From Lama guanicoe (Eukaryota), in contig MU053652.1 of assembly GCA_013239625.1 (NCBI GenBank), forward strand, positions 2,668,001-2,732,000: 64,000 bases of DNA. The letters are read 5' to 3'. The notes under the pieces were generated by a model. The model did not search any database. It was not told the origin of the DNA and saw only the letters and a list, made by a program, of their open reading frames with translations. Of the stretch, positions 10,975 to 23,662 are shown piece after piece (position 1 is the first letter of the stretch; each line of letters opens with the position of its first letter). A program made the position numbers and the translations under genes.

Positions 10975-13900
10975 ACAGCTTTATTGAGATACATATCACA
11001 TACTATACAAATCACCCACTTAAAATGTACAGCTCAATATTTTTAGTATATTTACAGTTGTGTAAACATAACCACAATCAATTTTAGAATATTTTATCAC
11101 CCCCCCAAAAGAAACATTGTACCCATTAGCAGTCACTCCCCCATTTCCTCCTAACCTCCTCCATCAAACCTCAGTGAATTGACAATTGCTACTCTATTTT
11201 CTGTCTGTATAGATTTACTTTCCTGGACATTGCATATAAACAGAATCAGGCTACTTTCATGTAGCATAATGTTTTCAAAGTTTATCCATGTTGCAGTACT
11301 TCATTCCTTTTTATTACCAAATAATATCCATTGTATGGATATGCCATATTTTATTTAACCATTCATAAGCTGATAGACATTTGGGTTGCTTCTAAGTTTA
11401 GACTACTATGAATAATGCTGCTATGACCACTCGTGTAGTTTTTGTGTGGACATATGTTTTTATTTCTTTTGGTTGTAGATCTAGGAGTGGAGTTGCTGAG
11501 TTATATAGCAACTCTCTGTATATGTTTAATCTTTTGAGGAGCTTTCAGACAGACATCCAAAGTGCTGTATCATTTTAAAATCCCACCAGCAATGTATGAA
11601 TATTCTCTCCACATCCTTACCAACCCTTATTGCTATCTGTCTTTTTGATTATAGCCATCTTAGGAGGCACCTCATTTTGATTTTGATTTACTTTTCCCTG
11701 ATGGCGAATGATTTTGAGCATCTTTTCATATGCTTATTGGTTGGCCTTTTGTACATCTTCCTGGAAGGAATGTCTATGCAAATTCTTTGTCCATCTTAAA
11801 ATTGGGTTGTCTTTTTATTGTTTAGTTGTAAGAGTTCTTTATATATTCTAGACACAATTTGTCTATTTTTTCTTTTGTTACCTATGCCTTTGGTATCATA
11901 TCAAAGAAGTCATAGCCAAATCCAAAGTTGTGGAAGCTTTGTCCTGTTTTCTTCTTAAAGTGTATAGTTATTTTTATATGTTGCTAGATTCAGTTTGCTA
12001 GTATAATATTGAGAATGTTTTACATTTATATTCATAAGAAATTTTGTACTATATTTTTTTCTGTGATGTTTGGCTTTGGTCTCAGTATAATACTGGCCTC
12101 AAAGAATGAGTTAGGAAGTATTACTTCCTCTTCTATTTTTTGAAAGAGTTTGTGAAGAATTTGTATTAATTCTTTAAATTCTGGTAAAACTCAACAGTTA
12201 ATTCATCTGGGCCTGGGCTTTTCTTTTGGAAAGTTTTAAATTCCTAACTCAGTCACTTTGTTACAGGTTTATTATCATTTTCTTTTCTTGCATCAGTTTG
12301 AGTAGTTTTTGTCTTTCAAAGAATTGGTTGATTTTATCCAAGTTATCTAATTTATTGGCGTTCAGTTGTTCATAGTATTCCTTTTCTTTTCTTTTCTTTT
12401 TTTTAAAGTATAATTCCTTTTATTTCTGTAGGGTCTGTAGTAATGTTCCCCTTTAATTTTAGTAATTTGAGTCTTCTTTCTTTTGTTTCTTGGTCAGTTA
12501 ACAAAAGGTTTGTCAATTTTGTTGATCTCTTTGAAGAGCCAGCTTTTGGGTTTATTCATACCCTCTAGTGTTTTTCTTATCCTCTGTTTCATTACTTTCC
12601 ACTCTAATCTACTATTTCCTTCCATCTGCTTGATTTGGGTTTAGTTTACTCTTTTCCCCCTTAGTTTCTTAAAGTGGAAGGATAGGTTATTTATTTGAGA
12701 ACTTTCTTTTCTTCTCTTTTTTTCTGTAATAAAGGCATCTACAGCTATAAATTTCCTTCTAGGAACTATTTTGGCACATTTCATAAGTTTTGCTATATTT
12801 TGTTTCCATTTTCATTCATCTTATAGCATTTTCTCATTTCCTTTGTAGTTTCTTATTTGACCTATTGGTTATTTAGGAGTGAATTGTTTAATATTCACGT
12901 ATTTTTTAATTTACCAAATTTCCTTATCTTATTGATTCTGATTTATTTCCATTGTGGTCAGAAGCCATGTTTTGTATAACTTCAAACCTTTTAAATTTAT
13001 CAGGACTTGTTTTATAACCTAGAATATAGTCTCTCCTGGAGAATAGTCTGTATTCATCTGTGAAGAATGTGTATTCTGCTGTTGGTGGTTGGAGTACTTT
13101 ATTACAGATGTCTGTTAGGTCCAATTGGTTTATAGTTTTGTTACAAACTGAATAATACATTGTTATAATTATTAATTAATATAATTTTATGTCATTTTTA
13201 AAATTTGAGAAAAGAAAGGAGAGCAAGTTATATTTAGGATTTGCTATAACAAACCTCTTATTTACCAATTCTTGTTCCCTTCATTTGTTCCTGTAGATTT
13301 GAGTTACTATCTTCTATCTAACTCATTTCTTACTCTAACATAGCATTGTTCCCAATCACCTCTTTTGTGCTATCATTGACAAATAAGTTGTTTTATACAG
13401 TTGCTTTTTAGATCATTTCAAAGAAAAAGAAAAAATATGCATTGATATAATGTCTTTTATAATTACATAATCATATTTCCCAATGTTCTTTGTTTTTCTG
13501 TGTGGAATTGAATTACTGACTGGGGTTACTTGTGTTCAGCTGGAATAACTTCCTTGTTTCTTGTTTCTTATAACTCAGTTATATAGCAAAGGAGTCTCTC
13601 AGGTTTTGCTTATTTGGAAATGTCTTTATTGCACTTTCATTTTTGAGAAATAGTTTTACTGGATAAAAGATTTTTAATTGACAAGAATTTTTGTCTCTAG
13701 TACTTTGAGTATGCCATCTCACTGCTTTCTAGTCACCATTATTTCTAGTGAGAAGTCAGCTGTTAGTGTTATTTGGGTTCCCTTGTATATGATGAGTTGT
13801 TTTTTTCTTGCTGCTTTCAAGATTTTCTCTTTCAGCATTTTTACTATAATGTGCCTGAATGTAGATTTCTTTCTGTTTATTCTACTTGGGATTAGTTGAC

Positions 13901-15365
13901 CTTCTTGGATGTGTACATTAATGTTTTTCATTAGATTTCAGAAGTTTTCAGCCATTATTTCTTCAAATATTTTTTTCTGCTCCTCTCTTTCTCTCTTATT
14001 CTGGTACTTGCGTTATGCATATGAGAATGTGCTTAATAGTATCTCACATTTTTCTGAGGTTCTGTTCATATTTCTTCATCCTTTCTCTTTGTTTTTGAGA
14101 TTAAATTATATCTATCTATCTGTCTGTCTGTCTATCTATTTATCTATATTTCAAGTCTCCTGATTCTTTCTTCTGCCATTTGAAATATACTATTGAACCC
14201 CTCTAGTGAATTTTTTTCTATTATTGTGCTTTTCAAGTTCAGAATACCCATTAGGTTCTTTTAAAAATAATGACAATCTCCACCTCTTTACTGATTATCT
14301 TACGAGAGATTATCATTATACCGTCTTGTGCTTCTTTAAGCATGGTTTCCGTTAGTTCTTTGAATATATTTATAATAGCTTCTTTGAAGTCTTTGTCTGC
14401 TAAGCTGACTATCTGGGCCTTCTCACAGGGAGTTTCAGTTAACTGCTTTTTTCCTCCTGTATATGAGCCACATCACACTTTCTTGTTTCTTTACATATCT
14501 CATAAGTTTTTGGCTGAAAACTGAACATTCTAGATAATTTATTGTAGCAGCTTTGGATATTGGTCCCTTCAACCTTATTGTTTACTTTTGAACTTATAAG
14601 CTTATTGCTGTAGTTTGCATCTTTATTTCTTTAGTTACTTAGCTAGCTATTAATAAAGTCTATTTCCCTGAAGTGTGAAACCTCTGATGTTGTTCCTCAG
14701 AAGGTGCATGTTTGGTCATGTGCACAGTCATCCTGGGATGACAGTGATTTTAACAGTTCTCGTTGACTGTCTCTATCCCTGATCTCTCTGCTAAGTTGTC
14801 TGTCTGTGTTGGTATGATCCCTAGATATTAGGCTCCATTAGTTGCTGGCAAATCACTATTGTTTTCAATAATGCCCTGTCACATACATTGCTACACAGTC
14901 TGATCCAATTAATTTCAAGCCCCTCTACAGAGGTAGTTTTTGAGGCCAATCTTTGAGATTTGTTCTGGCCCTAGAGGGGCTCTTCTTAGCTATCTTTTTC
15001 TCTGGTTCTCTCCAGTAAATTAGCTAGTCTACAGTAAGTCTTGTTCTCATAGAGCTAGCAGCTTCCTCTTAATTGCTTATCATCAAAATCTCTGTTGTTT
15101 TCCAGGGTTCTTTTTAGCTTGAACTTCCCCAAGTTCTGTTCTGTTCGAAATAAAGTTTGTTCCCATGTAGAGAGCTTTTGAGTTCTCTGTTCTTATCACT
15201 TGCCTCTTCCCTTGGGCAAAATATGTAAGACTCTGCTCTTAAACTGAAGGGGGAGGGAGAGTGACCCACTTCTCTTGGGGTGATACCCTTCTTCTACAAG
15301 CAGGGCATTGGGTCAGAGTAGTAGCCTTTGATCTTCTTGGTGTTCATCTTTCTATATGGAACAAT
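10975..15365 (-). mobile_element. Ancient, internally deleted L1 (L1MB/L1M4-like) with 3'UTR, ORF2 pieces, ORF1 and 5' region
   Basis: 3'UTR acagctttattgagatacatatcacatactatacaaatcacccacttaaaatgtac; endonuclease peptide INQLDLTDI..PPTAEYTFF..FSRRDYILG..SDHNG at 12924-13160; ORF1p peptide IPSRINRKKSTFRHIIVKMLKEKILKAARKKQLIIYKGTQITLTADFS at 13719-13931; many stops and frameshifts. Confidence 0.9.
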
Positions 15366-15372
15366 TTTACTA

Positions 15373-15523
15373 GCTTTATTTATTTTTTAATTCTTTGTTT
15401 GTTTGGGGGGGAATAATTAGGTTTATTTATTTATTTTTTTAATGGAGGTACTGTACTGAGGATTGAGCCCAGGACCTTGTGCATGCTAAGCACACACTCT
15501 AACACTGAGCTATACTCTCCCTC
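15373..15523 (-). mobile_element. Camelid Vic-1-type SINE
   Basis: gaggattgagcccaggaccttgtgcatgctaagcacacactctaacactgagctatac; gggggggaataattaggtttattt tail; internal 5-bp duplication gtact. Confidence 0.9.
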
Positions 15524-15744
15524 TGCATTAAACCTTTTCTTGACTGCTAACATTTTTCTAAACAGTTCAGAAATAAGAGCTAGGTAAAGACTAAATTGGA
15601 GGTGAATTTAGAGGTAAAGATACTGGTAGATCATCCCTGACCATTGTAGGAGGCTTTGAGAACCACTTCCCTTGCTCATTCCAAGCACAGAATACCAGCA
15701 GATACTGATAAAAATAAACTACTACACTAGGACACAAAGGTACT

Positions 15745-15830
15745 AAATGTTGGCCTTCATCCTGATTTTCTGGATGACCCTGAGTAAGCCAGTCAACCTT
15801 TTCTGAGCTCCAGTTCTCAGGAATAGCATA
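15745..15830 (+). mobile_element. MIR fragment
   Basis: tggatgaccctgagtaagccagtcaaccttttctgagctccagttctc. Confidence 0.55.
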
Positions 15831-16241
15831 TTGTGTTTATTTCAGCACTGGTTCCCAAATAGGGCATATAGTTTAGATTGTGTTTATGGTGGCATGATTT
15901 TCACTAAATCTTCCCCATTCTTTTTCCCTGATGTTTCTTGTGACTGACATTATGCATCTGGGAAATATCTGCCTGGGCTTTGAGAGTTATTGCTACTTTG
16001 GTTTTGCAAACTCCAGACTGAGTCTCGTCCAATAAGCATCATATTCTAAACACCTCAGACTTGTTGAATGAAGAGAGGAAGTCAAGGCTTATCTCTATTA
16101 TCACTAAATGTTTTAATCTGTGAAAGAAAAGGCAGTAGGAAACTTGGAATTTCCAGCTCTGATCTTCTGGTCATAGTCTACCTTTCCAAGCCAGAATTAT
16201 GTCTCATCCTCCTTGGGCACTATCATTTTTGGTTACTTAAA

Positions 16242-16414
16242 TTTTTTGTTGTTGTTGTTTTGGAGTTTTTTTTAGGGGGGGTAATAATTAAGTTTTGTTA
16301 TGTATTTTTAAAATTTATTTTTTATTTATTTTATTTTTAGTGGAGGTACTGGGGATTGAACCCAGGATCTTGTGCATGCTAAGCATACACTCTACCACTG
16401 AACAATACTCCTCC
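16242..16414 (-). mobile_element. Camelid Vic-1-type SINE
   Basis: ggaggtactggggattgaacccaggatcttgtgcatgctaagcatacactctaccactgaac; TSD catttttg(g/t)ttacttaaa at 16224-16241 and 16415-16432. Confidence 0.92.
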
Positions 16415-16811
16415 CATTTTTGTTTACTTAAAATGAAGTTGCTTCCTAGACAGTTCATCTCTCAGATATCCTTGGAACAAAGTTTGCCTCCAGTAGGAAC
16501 TTTACAAGGGCCTGCGACCCTGGCTTAATAAGCACTGCCACAAGAAATATTCGAATACTTTGGAGATCAAGATTAGTAAGTCCCATAAGTCATTAAGATG
16601 GTTAAAATCAGTCTCTCCAGAGATTAGGCTTCACAAGCTCACCCACAGGATGAGGACTCTTTGGCCAAAAAACCCCAGATCCAAAATGAGAGTGACTGGC
16701 CAAACCAAGATCATGCCAGTTTTCTTACTTGCAGCAGCCAAACTTATTGTCCAGACTGGTAGGCAGAGTTTTCACAGTACAATAAAGTTGTTAAAAACAT
16801 TTGGGGCCCAG

Positions 16812-16980
16812 TAGGGAGCCACTGCTTAATGGTTATAGAGTTTTTGTTTTGGTTGATGGTAAAGTTTTGGAAATAGATAGTGGTGATGATTACACAAGAT
16901 TATGAATATACTTAATGCTACTGAATTGTACATTTAAAAATTGTCAAAAAAGTCAACTTCATGTTATGTATATCCTAACA
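16812..16980 (+). mobile_element. L1MB-type 3' end
   Basis: cttaatggttatagagttttt...aaagttttggaaatagatagtggtgatgattacac...cttaatgctactgaattgtacatttaaaa. Confidence 0.85.
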
Positions 16981-17749
16981 CACACACACACACACAAAAC
17001 ACTTGGGGCTCTGCTGCTACTGGCTCTCTGTCCAGAATGTTCCTCAAATTGTTTAATAAAAACATCTAACCTGAGGCTTTGCCAGCACCCGAGTTTCCAA
17101 AAGATTTCTTGAGTATTACTGCCATCAGCATGGCAAATGGAAAAAAAAAAATTAACTTCCCATATCTCTGCCTGTTTTCCCAGAAACTTGGAAATAATAT
17201 GTAGCTACTGAGAGTCCGGGGGTGCGGAAAGGCTTAAGATGGGTGTATGTATACTTGGAGTTAGCCTGAGTTGGCATCTACTTTCATGTGCCCTTGTTAA
17301 GTGGTACCTGAAATAACTAGCAGGATCATTAAGTGGCTTACCCTAATCCTTCTAAATTGTTAGACTTAATCTAGAATTATGACAATATAACCCCAATTAA
17401 CTGCCAATAGTTTTGAACATCCTTTTCTGATTGACTATGTATTTTTCCTGTGTATCTGTTAGCCTGCTGCAGCCTTGTGACCCAAGGCTCTGGAATGGAT
17501 CAGCCCTCCTACTCACTCCCTCCTGCGCACACCACGTCTCCATGGAAACAGCATGTCAGGCCCTGCTTGGCTGCAGGTTCTGAAGACCTCTCATCAGCAG
17601 CCTCAGTCCTGCACAGATTCAGTCGTAATAAGCCAGGCTTCTGAGTAGGAACTTGTATTAGGAGGCCCAATGTCTCCAGCTGGTAGGGTCTGGAATTGTC
17701 CTTAAGCCTCCTTTGGGGTACACCTGGGGAGTCCCCAGTGCCACTGAGT

Positions 17750-18570
17750 TGCCCTGACCTCCCACCACCGGTATTCAGGCAAATGGCAGGGTTTCTGCAT
17801 CAGCCTGAACTCATATCTCCTTACATTAAGTCTTCTCCACCCATCATCTTTCCCCACTCACCAAAAGTGAGAGTCACTCTGAGCTCTTCAGGCCCCACCT
17901 ATGGCTGATCACCAAGGTCGGTGCAATGCTTTCATATCTCTCAGACTCATCTTTCCTGCTTACCTATTGCCTCTGCTACATTATTTCTTCTTCAGTTACT
18001 ACAAGATCCTCCAACCTGATCTTCCAACTCCTATATTTGCTTTCCTTGCATCCAATCTCCACATTACAACCAGTGAGAAAACTTCCAAAAAACAGGTCTG
18101 ACACATCCTTCCCCGACAGAAAATCAGGTAGTAGTTCCCATTGCCCTCATGATAGATTTCAGACACTCTTACATACACACAAAATTACTCCTTTACAATC
18201 TGACCCCTGCTTACCTCTCCAGAATCATCTCTTACCCCTTCTCCTGAAAATTCTGATCTTGGCCACACCAAACCACTTTATTTCTCCAATGAGCCACCTG
18301 TTCTCTCTTCCCTCCGTGACTTTGCACTGCTGCCCATTCTACCTGGAGTGTCCTTTCTCCATGTGCCACCCTCCATGAGCCTTTCACATTCTTGGGGAAG
18401 CTTTCCCAATTCTCACATCTTATGTGCCTGTTCTAGGTTTTCCTAGAACTCCTATGCTTACTGCCTTTCTACTGAACTGTCAACTCCCTGAAGGCAAGGA
18501 GTGTGCCAACTGCTAGCTCAGTGCCTAATATATTCACTCAAATGTCTGTTGTGTATGTGGAAGAATAAAG
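17750..18570 (+). mobile_element. L2 LINE fragment
   Basis: aatctgacccctgcttacctctccag...tgactttgcactgctgcccattctacctggagtg...caactccctgaaggcaagg. Confidence 0.7.
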
Positions 18571-19067
18571 GATAAGCCTCTGGAGTAAAAATGTCGCTAC
18601 ATGATAATTATAAGTACATCCTTTCCCCAGAGTCTTCTGTTGTTGGGCATTGTTCATCTACCAGATCGGACCAGGAGTTTGCTATTCCACCAGGACATTT
18701 TGACTTGAACCGCTGGCCATTGTCCTTGGGGATTCTTCTACAAATGAGTCAGTTGCCCCTGCTCAGCTCTGGCTAGTCCTGGTTGCCTCCTTTTTGTAAG
18801 TCACTGGTTAGGTCCCTGCCGGACTCATGGCTGAACCCGTGTGGCCTCAGTTAGCAGCTGGATGGCAATTCCTAAGAACTGAGATAGTAACTCAGCCCTT
18901 CTCTTATTGCCCAGGGAAGATTCCTTTCTCATTGGTTATGCAATGTCACCCAGGCTATGTTTTCCTTAGTGGAGTCCAGTATTTGGAATCATAGTAAGAG
19001 AAGAAAATGGCAGTTAATCTCAGGAATAGATAAGATCTGTCATGTTTCTCCAGGAGAGGTTTGTCTG

Positions 19068-19068
19068 T

Positions 19069-19128
<60 letters not shown>

Positions 19129-19135
19129 TTTTTTT
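19068..19135. repeat. (TTTC)n microsatellite
   Basis: Perfect tetranucleotide run. Confidence 0.95.
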
Positions 19136-20151
19136 GATGGGTAATGGGTAGGTGAGGGAAGTGATAAGGAATCTGTATTCATATATAAAGAAATAAACCA
19201 AGGGAGGAGTTGGATGTATACGGATGATTTCCCCTAGAGAGTTCAATGGATTATCTGGGGAAGAAGCCAAAAAACGAGGGCCCTCTTACCAGCAGTAGGT
19301 GCCCAACCATGTATGTAAAAGAGTGTTCAGCCTTCAGCCTTGTTCCATTCATTTTTTCCTAAATCAACACACTCTCATCTTCCAGAAATGAGAAACCAAC
19401 CAACTTTTCACTGTGGACCTGGCTGAGATGAAAAAATAATGGATTTTGCCTTAAGCTGGGTTCCCTTGCTTCCAGTGTAAGGCTTACACACACAGAGAGG
19501 AGTAAAGACTCCAGAAAGAGGAGGCAGCAAAGCAAAGGCACATTCTCACCTTCTCCCCTGCAGTAAGAAAGGAAAAGATCCATTAGATGAGAAAATGTAT
19601 GTGAAAGCACTTAGCACAGTGCTTGGCAAGTGGATGGGATTCAATAATATTGACTCTTTTTGTTTTATCTATGCTCAGTGTAGGGACTCATAAAGCAGAT
19701 TTCGAGTGGGAAGAATATAGGGGGAACCAGTGGGAATGAAAGAATATTCTCTACCTGGATGATAATTTTCCCATTAGAATTTCTTTCCTTTGACTGTATT
19801 GAAAAACAAACACCAATTAGAGGCAAAACACATTGTCTCCAGACATTTCTATTTTACTATTAATGGTTGATTATATTCTTTCTTTCTTTATTTTACTTCT
19901 TTCTTTCTTACAGGCAGTAATGGAGAGAACTTAAAGGCAATAAACATCACAGATGAGGGAGAAAGTACAAATTTTCTATTTCTCTAAGCTAGACAAAAAT
20001 CTACCAGTCTAAATTGGAACACTATCACTTATAACTTCTACTATATAAATAAATAATTTTAACAAGCATAAGGTTCTAGTAGAGATGAGACAGCTAATAT
20101 AGAGACCAAGGAACAACTTGGTCATTTGCCTCAGTACTGAGGTGGTTTCTT

Positions 20152-20971
20152 TCCTTTTTTAAATCATTTTTTATTGTAGTTGATTTACAATATTAGTTTC
20201 AGGTGTACAGCAAAGTGATTCAGTTATATATATACATGCATATGTATTTTTCCTTTCCAGATTCTTTTCCATTATATGTTATTACAAGAAATTGAATATA
20301 GTTCCCTGTGCTATACAGTAGGTCCTTGTTATTTATCTACTTTATATATAGTAATGTGTGCCTGTTAATCCCCAATCCCTAATTTATCCCTCCCCGCCCT
20401 TACCCCTTGGGTAACCATAGTTTTGTTTTCTATGCCTGTGAGTCTGTTTTTGGTATATAAATAGAATTTGTATCATTTTTTAAGATTCCACATATAAGTG
20501 ATTTCTTATGATATTTGTCTTTCTCTGTCTGACTTAACTTCACTCAATATGATAATCTCTAGGTCCATCCATGTTGCTGCAAATGACATTATTTCATTCT
20601 TTCTTATGGCTGAGTAATATTTCATTGTGTGTATATACCACATCTTCTTTATCTAATCATCTGCTGATGGACATTGAGGTTGTTTCCATGTCTTAGCTAT
20701 TGTAAGTAGTGCTGCTGTGAAAATTGAGGTGCATGTGTCTTTTCAAATTATAGTTTTCTCCAGATATATGCCTAGGAGTGGGGTTGCTGGATCATAGGGT
20801 AAGTCTCTTTTTAGTTTTTTAAGGAACCTTCATACTGTCCTCCTTAGTGGCTGTACCAATTTACATTCCGACTAACAGTGTAGGAGGGTTCCTTTTTCTC
20901 CACACCCTCTCCAGCATTTATTATTTATAGACTTTTTAATGATGACAGTTCTGACTGTTGTGAGGTGATAG
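20152..20971 (-). mobile_element. 5'-truncated lineage-specific L1 (3'UTR plus ORF2 C-terminal end)
   Basis: gtttcaggtgtacagcaaagtgattcagttatata...aggtccatccatgttgctgcaaatgac; perfect 14-bp TSD tgaggtggtttctt at 20138-20151 and 20972-20985; TT|AAGA endonuclease site on the minus strand. Confidence 0.95.
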
Positions 20972-21248
20972 TGAGGTGGTTTCTTAATTGAACGTGTTAG
21001 GAATGGTAGATCTCGTCTGTTGACAACATGAAAGTGGCAGTTGAGGAGGCAAAGGGAAAACAGAAATCATAAGCATTTTTATACATTATAAAGTTCTTAA
21101 TAGGCAGCTTCTAACTCTACTTTGTGTATGTTTCATACTACCAAACCTAGAACAGCACACATAGTATTTGTAAGTGCTCAATAACTGGTTGTTTAAACAA
21201 AACCAAGCTAGAAGCAAAACATAATAAAACAAACAAAACTGGTACTTG

Positions 21249-21397
21249 AGGATCCAAAGAGGTTATTTTTTCAGGGGGGAAGGTAATTAGGTTTTTATTT
21301 ATTCTTGTAAATTTTTTAAATGGAAGTACTGGGGATTGAACCCAGGACCTCATGTATACTAAGCAGGCACTCTACCACTGAGCTAAACCATCCCCTC
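21249..21397 (-). mobile_element. Camelid Vic-1-type SINE with perfect 15-bp TSD
   Basis: ggaagtactggggattgaacccaggacctcatgtatactaagcaggcactctaccactgagct; TSD caaaactggtacttg at 21234-21248 and 21398-21412. Confidence 0.93.
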
Positions 21398-21619
21398 CAA
21401 AACTGGTACTTGTTAACACCAGTCAGCTATGTCCTATGCTAGGTTCAGTCCTTACTGCCTCTATTTATAGGAACCATAACAGGTATAGGGGCTTGATCAG
21501 ATTTGCAAGAAAATTAATGTTAACCTAGAGTCTAAGATTCCTAACTCCAAAATGAACAGACAAATTAAGACTAAAAAAGACTTTTATTAGGGCAAAGAGA
21601 TTATCTTTATTATTTTAAT

Positions 21620-21745
21620 AAAGATCTTTTACAACTTAATAATTAAAACAGAAAGACCCCAATAGAAAAAAATGGCAAAGGATACAAACTAACAAATCAT
21701 AAAAAGAGATCTCTGTTGCAATGGAAGAAATACTTGATCATTAAT
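21620..21745 (+). mobile_element. L1ME-like ORF2 fragment
   Basis: ccccaatagaaaaaaatggcaaaggatacaaactaacaaatcataaaaagag. Confidence 0.55.
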
Positions 21746-22054
21746 CAGGCTGTGCCTAAAATGAGGGTTCAGAGATCTCTGGTAAGATGGGCTAGACTAG
21801 ACCTCAGAGCCAAGGTTAAAGATAAAAGAACCTTTTCCTTGCCCTAATCCCAATATGAGTCTTGCAGTTTTAATACCCTCCACTGGGAGTGAAGTCATGA
21901 GAAAGCCAAGAGCACTGGGAAGAGTAGATCAGTGTTGTCTGGGCCTCACAGATAGTTTTCAGCAGCTGAGGAGGAGGAATGCATAGGGCAGCATCCCAGA
22001 GTTCCTCGGGGACAGAGTCAAGCTTTGTCTGGCTCTGTGCAGAGCCCCTGTTGT

Positions 22055-22218
22055 CTTGCTCCTCAAAGTGTGATCCGTGGGCAGCAGCAGGGACATCTCC
22101 AGGGAACTTATGAAAATGCAGAACCTCGAGCCCTGTTTCCAGGCCTCTTGAACCAGAATCTGCATTTTAGTAAGCTTCCCAGATGACATACACCCACAGT
22201 GAAGCTTGAGAAGCATTG
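22055..22218. mobile_element. MER5A hAT-Charlie MITE
   Basis: ctcaaagtgtgatcc...cagcagggacatctccagggaacttatgaaaatgcagaa...agaatctgcattttag...agcttgagaagcattg. Confidence 0.85.
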
Positions 22219-23662
22219 CCTTTGGGGGGTGTCTGCCTCAGGGTCTGCTCATAGCAGGTGCTCAGTAAGTGCCTGCTGATTGAATGAAAGAATTGACAGG
22301 GTGATCGCTGGGGTCCCTTGTAAAGTAAATCGTCTGACTTACTGAAAACCAGTCACTATCCAGTTGAGCAAAGTATCAACCATTTTACAAAAGGCTTTAA
22401 GTAAGATTAATGAATTAATAATGATGTTTTGGTGTTGAAATTTTCTACAGTGAACTTAGAGTTTCTTACTTGTATCATTAGTATCACTTCACTAGGCTTC
22501 TTTTTATGTCTAGAAGGTACCAACAAGGCATAAATCCTTTTTTTCCCTCTGTGGTCCACCTCTCACAAAAAGGAAAGAATTGGCAATGTAAAATCAGATA
22601 AGTAGAAATGAGAATAAGTCTGAAAATGCTGGAGAAAAAGAGTGCCCACCAATGTAAGGACATTGCCCTTTTACTTGCCTTTCCAGAGAATTAAGGACCC
22701 CTGTGCTGTCCTACGAGCTGACACAGGCAAAGGTACAAAATCTGGCCATTAAAGTGCATCTGAAGCAACTGGGTGCACCACCACCATCATCTTTAGTTCT
22801 ATTTGGTGTCTGTAAACCTCTTTACTGAGCAGACCATCTTAATAGTGACACAGTCCCTAGCTTCAAGATTGTCCCCAGACCTTGTGCTGCCAGAAAACCA
22901 GTTACAAGAAGGGAGACGAAAGGGATCCAGAGGATGGAGAAGCATTCTGTGTTCCACTAATGAGTGAGGTGACTCATGGCTGACTCAGACCAACGAAGAC
23001 AAGCCTGGGAGAGGGGAGGCGGTGGGGGCAGATCTCAAAGGAGCCCTGCCAAAACGTTCAAATAGGAGCTAGGAGGCCAGGGACGCGGTGTTATTTAGAG
23101 AGCTGCCTGCAGCTCTGGCCTTGAAGGGAGGAGAGGATCCTGAAAACAGAGGAAGAAAATTGCATTTGAGGCCAAAATCTGAGTTGTGAATCTGTAGCTT
23201 TCTGTACTTTGACAAATACATAACATTCTCTGGTGACATTGACCTGCTCTTTGGCAAATCTCAGAGTACTAACTCAATAGGAATTAATTGTCATCAGGTT
23301 CCTGGAGAGTAGAGGTGAATCAGGTACCACCCTCTATTTTTCTAATGATCTCAATGAGGAAAATAAGCCTCTTTCTTTAGTATTTTACATTTGGAGAACA
23401 CTGTGATCCAACCTGTGCTTATAGATAAATTAAAAAAAAAACTTGAACATATGACTAAAGCATTGTCTCTTTTATTAATGGCTAATTGAGATTTTGAGTT
23501 TGGAGATTCCAAAGTCAAATATTGTTATGAAAGTTCATAACTGTATTATTGCATATGGACTGTACTGAAATGATATGTGCCACCACACACTATATCTAGG
23601 TCCCTTAAAGAGCATGCATTTATGAGATGGCTGGATGTAGGTATAGACTAATTGGGTGACAC

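Noticed and set aside
17926..18378. 150-aa ORF, and similarly 44623-45110
   Set aside because: Chance open frames in decayed L2 sequence
19875..19915. Strong polypyrimidine tract ending in CAG
   Set aside because: No convincing downstream donor; likely simple low-complexity sequence
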